DNA from: Promethearchaeota archaeon
GTDB taxonomy: Archaea; Asgardarchaeota; Lokiarchaeia; Sigyniarchaeales; SOKP01
Length of the DNA: 25,478 nt
Direction: 5' to 3'
Assembly (NCBI GenBank): GCA_048940445.1
Contig: JBHLON010000040.1
Span: 2,347-27,824, forward strand
A model generated the notes under the pieces. The model did not search any database and had not been told where the DNA came from. It worked only from the letters and a program-made list of their open reading frames with translations. The position numbers and the translations under genes are program-made. This document shows positions 1-7,609 of the stretch, piece after piece; position 1 is the stretch's first letter; every line of letters starts with the position of its first letter.

Positions 1-2
1 CG

Positions 3-2312
3 CCTCAAATTATATCCCAGATTTTATACCAAGCTGAAACAGGAAAAATTCCTGTATCTGGTGCGGGGTATGGAGGATCTTTTGCAGGAGAGGGATTTGA
101 TGCTATATGGTTCGATATGTCGGAAATTGTACGTCCTACAAGGGATGGAATCCACGGGAGAGAATACATTTCCACGAATATTGAATTAGGTCGAAAAGCA
201 TTGAATTTAAAGTTTGGTAATGAGAAAAAACTTTTGAAAGAACGCCCAACTCTACTAAAACTTCCTTTCCCTATTATTTTTAATCCAATTCCTTTAATAT
301 CACAAGATAATAAAAAAATCAAATCTATTGTTTCAGTAGCATATTCGTTAGGTACAATTGCGATTGTTCCTCAATCAGACTTTTCAGAAGATTTGTTACC
401 ATTTTCTAAGGCTGTTTGTTTAAGACTCAATAGTAAACCTAATCAATTGGAAAAGAAGTTGATTCAAAAAGCAAAAATTGTTGAAATTGAAGATTTTTCT
501 CTAATGAAAACGGTAAAGAAAAGTAATCCTGATATTTTATGTTCAATTTTTCTTCATGTAGATGAGGGGATTGAAAATAAAGTCTTTTCTCTAACTAAGA
601 GTGGAATGGACATTATTCACTTGAGCTTTGATTTTTATGGAAAAAGTAAAGCGGGAGACATTCCAACTGTTTTAAAAAAAATTCATGATTTTCTCATTGA
701 AAAAAAGTGTCGAAATTCTGTTAGCATTATAGTTAGTGGTGGTATAGCAGCTGCAGAACATGTTGCAAAAGCTATGATATGTGGAGCTGATTGTGTTGCA
801 ATAGATTATGTATTATTAATTGCTCTCGGATGTTCATTATGGGCTGATTTATCTTTTCCGTGTGTAGCTGAGCATGGTAAGATTGATTTGAAATGGGCTA
901 TTAATAGATTAGAAAATCTAATAGCAGCTTGGAGGGATCAACTTCTTGAAGTTCTTGGTGCTATGGGAATTAGAGAAATTAGGAGAATTAGAGGAGAAGT
1001 CGGGAGGGCAATTTTTTATCAAGAAGAGAAAGACAAATTTAGAAATCTATTTGAATCAGTAAGCATAAATTCAAAATCAGGGTATTTAATCCCTGTTGAA
1101 CAGTTAAGTGTTGGAGATTGTCGTTGGCCGCTCGAATTAATTCAAGCAACATTTGAGCAAGCACGTACAGGAATCATACCAAAACATCTTGAATATCGTG
1201 TAGGTAGAAGTGCAGGAGGATTTGATCGTCTTGCTTTTACTTTTGAAGAAAATGAAAAATATTTAAAAGATAATACATCGATAGATTTATCAATTTCCTT
1301 AAATTTGCGCTCTAAAGGACCAAGAATTGCTATTCCTATGCCAGTTTATTCAGGAGGAATGTCCTTTGGTTCGGTTTCCTTGAATGTGATGCTTGCACGA
1401 GCAATGGCAGCTCAAACAATTGATTCTTTTATGTCTACGGGGGAAGGTGGTTATCCGCAAGATTTAATACCTTATAAAGAACATGTTATAACTCAAGTTG
1501 CTACTGGCTTATTTGGTGTGAGTGAAGCTTCAATTCAAAGAGCTCCAATTATAGAATTTAAATATGCTCAAGGAGCAAAACCTGGTTTAGGAGGTCATTT
1601 ACTTGCAGGAAAAGTAACTGAAACTGTTGCTAATGCTAGAGAATCAGTAGCAGGTATAAGTCTATTTTCACCATTTCCTTTCCATAGTGTTTATTCAGTT
1701 GAAGATCATAAGAAACATATTGATTGGATTAAACAGGTAAATCCAGAAGCTCTAGTAATTGTTAAGGTTTCAACGCCTACAGATGTAGATATGGTTGCAG
1801 TTGGTAGTTATTATGCTGGTGCTAATATTGTAAACATTGATGGATCATATGGTGGAACAGGTGCGGCTCCAGAAGTAAGTAAAAAAAATATAGCAATGCC
1901 AATAGAATATGCAATCCCAAAAGTTCATAACTTTCTCATAAAAGAAGGAATAAGAGACGAAATTGTCCTTATTGCATCTGGAGGAATACGTACTGGATAC
2001 GATATTGCTAAAGCGATTGCTTTAGGAGCAGATGGTGCAATGGTAGGTACCGCAGATCTAGTAGCATTAGGATGCGAAAGACTTGCGGTTTGTGAAAAAG
2101 GAGACGGATGTCCTGCAGGTATTACTACAACAAATCCTAAATTTGCTTCCTTAATTGATCCTCAATGGGGTAAAGAACGCATAATAAATCTTCGAAAAGC
2201 ATGGGCTATTCAATTACGCCAAATATTAAACGCCCTTGGAATGAAAACTATAAGGGATTTAAGAGGTAGGACTGATACACTATTCTATTTAGACAAGAAG
2301 GTGAAATTATGA
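3..2312 (+). CDS. Glutamate synthase FMN-binding (GltB2-type) protein with two tandem synthase-like domains; 5' end lies outside the window
   Basis: The frame is open from base 3 (PQIISQILYQAETGKIPVSGAGYGG...FDAIWFD then MSEIVRPTRDG), so ATG 117 is internal. Domain 2 (~1110-2312) has MSFGS, STGEGG, QVATGLFG, KYAQGAKPGLGGHL, SPFPFHS, DGSYGGTGAAP, SGGIRTG, LGADG and a C-x5-C-x5-C cluster motif. Domain 1 keeps SGGI..AKA..GAD and the C-terminal LGAMGIRE helix. Confidence 0.9.
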   Translation, partial: PQIISQILYQAETGKIPVSGAGYGGSFAGEGFDAIWFDMSEIVRPTRDGIHGREYISTNIELGRKALNLKFGNEKKLLKERPTLLKLPFPIIFNPIPLISQDNKKIKSIVSVAYSLGTIAIVPQSDFSEDLLPFSKAVCLRLNSKPNQLEKKLIQKAKIVEIEDFSLMKTVKKSNPDILCSIFLHVDEGIENKVFSLTKSGMDIIHLSFDFYGKSKAGDIPTVLKKIHDFLIEKKCRNSVSIIVSGGIAAAEHVAKAMICGADCVAIDYVLLIALGCSLWADLSFPCVAEHGKIDLKWAINRLENLIAAWRDQLLEVLGAMGIREIRRIRGEVGRAIFYQEEKDKFRNLFESVSINSKSGYLIPVEQLSVGDCRWPLELIQATFEQARTGIIPKHLEYRVGRSAGGFDRLAFTFEENEKYLKDNTSIDLSISLNLRSKGPRIAIPMPVYSGGMSFGSVSLNVMLARAMAAQTIDSFMSTGEGGYPQDLIPYKEHVITQVATGLFGVSEASIQRAPIIEFKYAQGAKPGLGGHLLAGKVTETVANARESVAGISLFSPFPFHSVYSVEDHKKHIDWIKQVNPEALVIVKVSTPTDVDMVAVGSYYAGANIVNIDGSYGGTGAAPEVSKKNIAMPIEYAIPKVHNFLIKEGIRDEIVLIASGGIRTGYDIAKAIALGADGAMVGTADLVALGCERLAVCEKGDGCPAGITTTNPKFASLIDPQWGKERIINLRKAWAIQLRQILNALGMKTIRDLRGRTDTLFYLDKKVKL

Positions 2313-4744
2313 AAGTTATGAAAAAAGAAACTGAAGGCGGATGTGGAGTCGTTGGATTTTGTTCAACTGAAAAAATAGCAGGTAAGCATTTATTACCTCC
2401 ATGCATCCAAATGCATAATAGGGGAAATGGGAAAGGTGGAGGTATTATTGCCATGGGTTTAGAAGCTTCTCAGCTGAATGTCACAGAAGAGATTTTAAAA
2501 TCAAATTATTTGATTCAGATTGCTTACCTTAAACCTGAAATACGTGAAAGTGTAGAGCGTCAGTTTATTTTTAACAATTTTGATGTTTTTACTTATTACA
2601 AGATCAAAACTAAAAATCATAATTCAAGTAAGCTTGAAACAATTCCACCTGAAGTGTATAGATATTTTTGTCGTGTGAAGAAGCAAGTTCTAAAGAAATT
2701 CATGAAAAGTCATAATTTTAAATATCTAAATAAAGCTGAAGATGAGTTTGTGTTTCTCAATAGTTTTCAGATAAATAAAAAATTTTATAGTGAAGACAGT
2801 GCTCAAGAAGCATTTGTTTTATGTCATGGAAAAGATATGATTGTTTTTAAGATTGTGGGATATGCTGAAGAAGCAATTGAATATTACAATTTAATGGAAT
2901 TGAAAGCACATATTTGGGTAGGACATCAAAGATATCCTACCAGAGGAAGAGTCTGGCATCCAGGTGGGGCACACCCTTTTGTTGGATTAAAAGAAGCTTT
3001 AGTACATAACGGAGATTTTGCAAATTATCATTCCATCTGTGAATATCTTTATCAAAATGGAAGGGAACCATTGTTTTCAACTGACACTGAAGTAGCTGTA
3101 TTATTATTTGATCTATGGACAAGAATTTACGAATATCCATTAGAATATACAATTGAAGCATTTGCGCCTACGACAGAAAGAGACTTTACTATGCTTTCAA
3201 CTGAAAAACAACACATTTATCAACTTATTCAAAGTTATCATATCCAAAATTCTCCTGATGGTCCTTGGTTTTTTATTATTGCCAGAAATGATGATATGAA
3301 GGATCAATTCCAATTACTCGGTATAACTGATACATCTATGTTGAGACCACAAGTATTTGCTCTTCAGGAAAATGATGGAGTTAAAATTGGTATAATAGCT
3401 TCCGAGAAGCAAGCAATTGATTCTATTCTCTTAAGTATTTCTATGGAAGATGATAGATATTGTTCCGTTGCTGATTTATATTGGAATGCTCGTGGTGGTA
3501 GTTATACTGACGGAGGTGCTTTTTTATTTACTTTGAAGAAGAATAAATTATTTTGCACTGATAAGTTTGGTAAAAGAATAGAGATTCCAAAAAGAAGAGC
3601 TCTAAAGGTTAAAACATTTAAAAATTATCAATTCGATCCTGATTTTAATTCAATTATTAAGGATTTTGTTAGTATGGACTACGAGGAAGTATTAGGTTTT
3701 TTAAAATCTGCTGAACTTTATGCTAAAGAAGGTGATACTGAATTCAAAAAAACAATTAAACTTTTAACTAAATTAATTGATAGAGTGTATTCAATAGGAG
3801 AAAAAAAAAGGAGTAATCTTTTAGCGTTATATCATAAAACGTTATATGCAATCTTTCGTGGAATATCAATAGATTCAAGATTGTTTAAATTCTATAGTTT
3901 ACAATCTTCATCTATCCCTTTTCCCGATTCCAATAATCAATGTTTAATTATTGATAGTAAAGACTTTTCTTCAGAAGGATCTAAAAGCTTGGCTTCAATT
4001 TTAGTTAAGGCTTTTAACAATGGATGGTTGAATTTCATTTTGTTTGACCTTAAAGGACAGAGATTTTGCGGATGTGGTTTTGGGAATCATTCGAAACCAA
4101 TTAAAATTGAAGTATATGGTTCTCCAGGTGATTATTTAGGATCAGGTATAACTAATACTGAAGTTTTTGTACATTCTAATGGACAAGATCAATGGGGACA
4201 GATTATGAAATCAGGAAAACTTGTTATCTGTGGGGATGTAGGACAAACATTTCTTTATGGCGCTAAGGGGGGTACTTGTTATGTGAGAGGAAATGTAGCG
4301 GGAAGGGCTCTAATCAATGCAGTTGGGAATCCTCGTGCTATTATTAATGGAAGTTGTTTGGATTATTTAGCCGAATCTTTTATGGCAGGTGATGTTTTCC
4401 ATGATGGTGGATTTGTTATTTTGAATGGAATTAGGTTAAATATAGATGGTTTATTAGAAGAATATCCAGAACCATATCCAGGAGGAAATTTGTTTTCTTT
4501 AGCATCTGGAGGAGCCATTTATATTCGTGATCCATTCAAAAAAACATCAAAAAGTCAACTTAATGGAGGCTATTTTGCCCATTTTTCAGATCAAGATTGG
4601 GATCTCATTAAACCCTATCTACAAGAAAATGAGAGATTGTTTGGCATTAAAATCGATGACTTATTGTCTGTAAACAATCAAATAAAGTCTCCAAAAGAGG
4701 TATATAGAAAAATTGTTGTTGGAAGCACAGAGGTTTTAAAATGA
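2309..4744 (+). CDS. Glutamate synthase subunit: Ntn (class II) glutamine amidotransferase domain fused to a C-terminal GXGXG beta-helix domain (GltB1+GltB3)
   Basis: GCGVVG near the N-terminus, HNRGNGKGGG, GHQRYPT, AHPF, HNGDFANY, TDTE, DGPW, LRPQ. C-terminal GQRFCGCG, GDYLGSG, GDVGQTFLYGAKGG, GGAIYIR repeats. ATGA overlap with the upstream stop and a GGTGA SD. Confidence 0.9.
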   Translation: MKVMKKETEGGCGVVGFCSTEKIAGKHLLPPCIQMHNRGNGKGGGIIAMGLEASQLNVTEEILKSNYLIQIAYLKPEIRESVERQFIFNNFDVFTYYKIKTKNHNSSKLETIPPEVYRYFCRVKKQVLKKFMKSHNFKYLNKAEDEFVFLNSFQINKKFYSEDSAQEAFVLCHGKDMIVFKIVGYAEEAIEYYNLMELKAHIWVGHQRYPTRGRVWHPGGAHPFVGLKEALVHNGDFANYHSICEYLYQNGREPLFSTDTEVAVLLFDLWTRIYEYPLEYTIEAFAPTTERDFTMLSTEKQHIYQLIQSYHIQNSPDGPWFFIIARNDDMKDQFQLLGITDTSMLRPQVFALQENDGVKIGIIASEKQAIDSILLSISMEDDRYCSVADLYWNARGGSYTDGGAFLFTLKKNKLFCTDKFGKRIEIPKRRALKVKTFKNYQFDPDFNSIIKDFVSMDYEEVLGFLKSAELYAKEGDTEFKKTIKLLTKLIDRVYSIGEKKRSNLLALYHKTLYAIFRGISIDSRLFKFYSLQSSSIPFPDSNNQCLIIDSKDFSSEGSKSLASILVKAFNNGWLNFILFDLKGQRFCGCGFGNHSKPIKIEVYGSPGDYLGSGITNTEVFVHSNGQDQWGQIMKSGKLVICGDVGQTFLYGAKGGTCYVRGNVAGRALINAVGNPRAIINGSCLDYLAESFMAGDVFHDGGFVILNGIRLNIDGLLEEYPEPYPGGNLFSLASGGAIYIRDPFKKTSKSQLNGGYFAHFSDQDWDLIKPYLQENERLFGIKIDDLLSVNNQIKSPKEVYRKIVVGSTEVLK

Positions 4745-5532
4745 ATATAATGGTATGTTTAAAACAAGTTCCAGACACTGATGAAGTGAAAACTGATCCA
4801 GAAACGGGTCGAATTATTCGAGAGGGAATAGCTGGTACTATAAATCCTTTTGATATGTTTGTTCTTGAAGAAGCTCTACGATTAAAGGAAAAGTATGGGG
4901 GAAAAATTACTTTGCTGAGTATGGGACCAAAAGATGCTATCAACACTCTTTATTTTGGTCTAGCTTTGGGAGCTGATGAGGCATATTTACTATCAGATAT
5001 TAAATTTGCGGGATCGGACACATTAGCTACATCCTATGCACTTTCTTGTGGTATAAAAACACTTGGGTATTTTGATTTAATCATCTGCGGAATTAAAACT
5101 ACTGATGGTGATACTGGGCAAGTAGGGGCAAATTTAGCAGAAATCCTTGATATACCAAGTGTATATTATGTCAAAAATATACTGAATTATCAAAATTCCA
5201 AAATTGAAGTTGAGAGACTTTTAGAAGACAGAACCCAAATTTTACAAATCTCTCTACCATGTGTTATTTCAATTGTAAAGGGTGCGAATATGCCTCGAAT
5301 GCCTACATTAATTGGAAAAATTGAAGCTGAGAGAAAATTATTAAAAATTCTTAACGCTTCTGAAGTTAATGCTAAAGAAGATAATTGTGGACTTGAAGGA
5401 TCCCCTACCAGAGTCGTAAAAGTATTTCTTCCAGATAAAAGAAAACAAGGAGTAATTTTAAAAGGTTATTTTGATCGAAATATCAATAAATTAATAGAGT
5501 TTTTAAAGAGTAAGAAGATGGTGTCATCGTAA
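4741..5532 (+). CDS. etfB: Electron transfer flavoprotein beta subunit (EtfB/FixA family)
   Basis: CLKQVPDT, INPFD, SMGP, FAGSDTLATSYAL, DGDTGQVG, PRMP, GLEGSPTRV. ATGA overlap with the upstream gene. Confidence 0.95.
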   Translation: MNIMVCLKQVPDTDEVKTDPETGRIIREGIAGTINPFDMFVLEEALRLKEKYGGKITLLSMGPKDAINTLYFGLALGADEAYLLSDIKFAGSDTLATSYALSCGIKTLGYFDLIICGIKTTDGDTGQVGANLAEILDIPSVYYVKNILNYQNSKIEVERLLEDRTQILQISLPCVISIVKGANMPRMPTLIGKIEAERKLLKILNASEVNAKEDNCGLEGSPTRVVKVFLPDKRKQGVILKGYFDRNINKLIEFLKSKKMVSS

Positions 5533-6758
5533 TGATTCATATTGATCAGAACAAATGTATTGGATGTGGCGAGTGTGTTGATGCATGTATGTTTGGTTCT
5601 ATATCTCTTAAAGCTAATTTTCCTTCAATTTCAGAAGACTGTCGCTTATGTGGAGCATGTGCCAGAATTTGCCAATATAGTGCTATAATCATTAAACGAA
5701 AAAAAAAGAAGAAAATTATTGACTGGAAAGGTGTCCTCATTTTTGGAGAACAACGTGATGGAGAAATTTTAGAAGTTGTGTATGAATTGTTGAGTAAGGG
5801 TAAAGAATTAGCTGACAAACTTAATGAGTCTCTTTTATGCATTGTATTAGGAAATTCAGTGAAAAAAATTAATGATTTAAAATTTTATGGAGTAGATGAG
5901 ATACATTACTTTAATGATAATAATTTAGAGAGATTCAATTGTGAAATTTACTCAAAAATAATTTCTAGTTTCGTTAAAAGTATAAAACCAAGTATTTTTC
6001 TGATAGGTGCAACTTCCATTGGACGAGAATTAGGTCCTAGAATAGCTGCGAAACTTAAAACAGGATTAACTGCAGATTGTACTAGTCTAAAGATAAACAA
6101 GGAAAACTTATTGCTGCAAACTAGACCTGCATTTGGTGGAAATATAATGGCATCCATAATATGCCCATCTTCCAGACCTCAAATGGCTACTGTTCGCCCA
6201 AAAGTCATGAAAATAATGGAAAAAAAAATCGGAGGGGGAAGCTTAATCTATCATCAAGTAAATTCAGACTTATTGAAATCAAGAATTAAAATTTTAAGAG
6301 AATTAAAATTTGACAATCACCATAATATAGAAAATGCTGATATTATAGTTTCAGGAGGATTAGGAATAGGTAAAAAAGAAGGTTTTGTCTTATTACAAGA
6401 ACTTGCTGATGAATTAAATGGAGTGGTTGCTGCAAGTAGACCTGCGGTTGATGCTGGATGGGCAGATCCTACTGTTCAAGTTGGAATGTCTGGTAAAGTT
6501 GTACAACCTCATTTATATATTGCTTGTGGAATATCTGGAGCTATTCAACATCGAGTTGGTATGGAAACTTCCGATGTGATTGTTGCTATTAATAAAGACG
6601 AACGAGCTCCCATTTTTGATATTGCAGATTTTGGAATAGTAACTGATTTGTATGATTTTCTTCCAAAATTTATCCAAAATCTAAAAAAAACTAAAAATGA
6701 TGTTATTATTTCAAAAAACAAAATGGAGAATTTTATACCTTTACCTAACAACAAGTAG
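5532..6758 (+). CDS. etfA: Electron transfer flavoprotein alpha subunit with an N-terminal 2x[4Fe-4S] ferredoxin domain
   Basis: N-terminal CIGCGECVDAC and CRLCGACARIC. ETF alpha motifs TGLTADCT, RPAFGGN, PQMATVRP, SRPAVD, QVGMSG, GISGAIQH, AINKD. TAATG overlap with etfB. Confidence 0.95.
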   Translation: MIHIDQNKCIGCGECVDACMFGSISLKANFPSISEDCRLCGACARICQYSAIIIKRKKKKKIIDWKGVLIFGEQRDGEILEVVYELLSKGKELADKLNESLLCIVLGNSVKKINDLKFYGVDEIHYFNDNNLERFNCEIYSKIISSFVKSIKPSIFLIGATSIGRELGPRIAAKLKTGLTADCTSLKINKENLLLQTRPAFGGNIMASIICPSSRPQMATVRPKVMKIMEKKIGGGSLIYHQVNSDLLKSRIKILRELKFDNHHNIENADIIVSGGLGIGKKEGFVLLQELADELNGVVAASRPAVDAGWADPTVQVGMSGKVVQPHLYIACGISGAIQHRVGMETSDVIVAINKDERAPIFDIADFGIVTDLYDFLPKFIQNLKKTKNDVIISKNKMENFIPLPNNK

Positions 6759-6762
6759 TTAA

Positions 6763-6993
6763 TATATTTATCACTTAAGGTCAAAAAAAATGGAAAAGGA
6801 AGGTATTTTCGCATTACCAGGAAGCTTACAGCTAGTTTTAGATGAATTTAAGGAGTCAGACTCTATGAAAAAAGTATTTGGCGAACTTGCATTTAGGGAT
6901 TATGATTATACGAACCTTGAGGAATATGATAAATATTGAGTTGTTGTCAGTGAATGAGAAAGGGATCGTTATATAAAACGTTTATATATTTAA
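6763..6993 (+). pseudogene. glnA: Remnant of the glutamine synthetase (type I) C-terminus
   Basis: Manual translation: YIYHLRSKKMEKEGIFALPGSLQLVLDEFKESDSMKKVFGELAFRDYDYTNLEEYDKY*VVVSE*ERDRYIKRLYI*. This resembles the GlnA C-terminal pattern (NIYhl...GI..LP.SL..aLd.l.......lGe.........Ew..y...VseWE..rY). In-frame TGAs at 6937 and 6955; the N-terminal ~85% of the gene is absent. Confidence 0.75.
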
Positions 6994-7097
6994 CATTACG
7001 TCATTTATTTTCGATATTAGATAGGATGTAAACTATTTTTTTATTTTTAATAAATTACTGTTATTTTATTAAGTAATCTAAGCTTTTTTTAAATATA

Positions 7098-7517
7098 ATG
7101 AGATTTTTATCTTTTCATTGTGAATATTTTAATTACAAAGCCACGAAAAGAAGTCGTTCGAAAATTTTTGAGGAGTTAACAGAAAGCAACAGAGAAGGTA
7201 GTCTAGAAGATCTTATTTTACTTTTTATAAGTGTTGAGAAAAAAGATGAAAGTAATTCTAAGTTGTTAAAGAGTGCTGTTAGCGAAATTGATAAAATAAT
7301 AGATCAAATAAAAGTATCCAATATTGTACTGTTATCATTTGCACATCTTTTTGGAGAATTAAGTAGTCCAGAATTTAGTTTAAAAGTTCTAAAAGAATTA
7401 GAAGATATTTTGAGAGACCGATATATTGTATTGAGACCCCCCTTTGGTTGGTTTAATGAATTAGAAATAAAGGCAAAAGGACATCCTTTATCAAGAATTT
7501 CAAGGAAGATTGAATAA
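7098..7517 (+). CDS. Stand-alone archaeal threonyl-tRNA synthetase editing domain (DTD-like fold, tRNA-Thr_ED family)
   Basis: MRxLxxH start, FISVEKxDE, FAHL, PFGW, KGHPLSRISR match the N-terminal editing domain of archaeal ThrRS. Only 139 aa, with no catalytic or anticodon-binding domain. Confidence 0.88.
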   Translation: MRFLSFHCEYFNYKATKRSRSKIFEELTESNREGSLEDLILLFISVEKKDESNSKLLKSAVSEIDKIIDQIKVSNIVLLSFAHLFGELSSPEFSLKVLKELEDILRDRYIVLRPPFGWFNELEIKAKGHPLSRISRKIE

Positions 7518-7609
7518 TATTTATTGATTGAAATGTAACTTCATTTGAAAATTCTTAATTTACATTGATTATAGTTAGAACATTTAATAAATTTAGCTAG
7601 AATAGGCAG

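Noticed and set aside
117-119. ATG 117 as the start of the first gene (and likewise ATG 25397 for carB)
   Set aside because: Both frames remain open, with conserved-looking sequence, to the window edges.
5-6814. Minus-strand ORFs 5-322, 2248-2454, 2937-3161, 4647-4946, 5546-5842, 5948-6157, 6545-6814
   Set aside because: Antisense shadows of well-supported genes, with no recognisable motifs.
6937-6957. Two in-frame TGA codons as selenocysteine or recoded stops in the glnA-like frame
   Set aside because: They align to non-Cys positions (one a conserved Trp), most of the gene is missing, and TGA is used as a normal stop in neighbouring genes. Decay is the simpler explanation.
3-6993. N-methylglutamate pathway (mgsABC + gmaS) as the identity of the split gltB plus GS-like cluster
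   Set aside because: No mgdABCD or methylamine genes in the window, and the subunit sizes and fusions fit split glutamate synthases of anaerobes. It cannot be fully excluded without a phylogeny.
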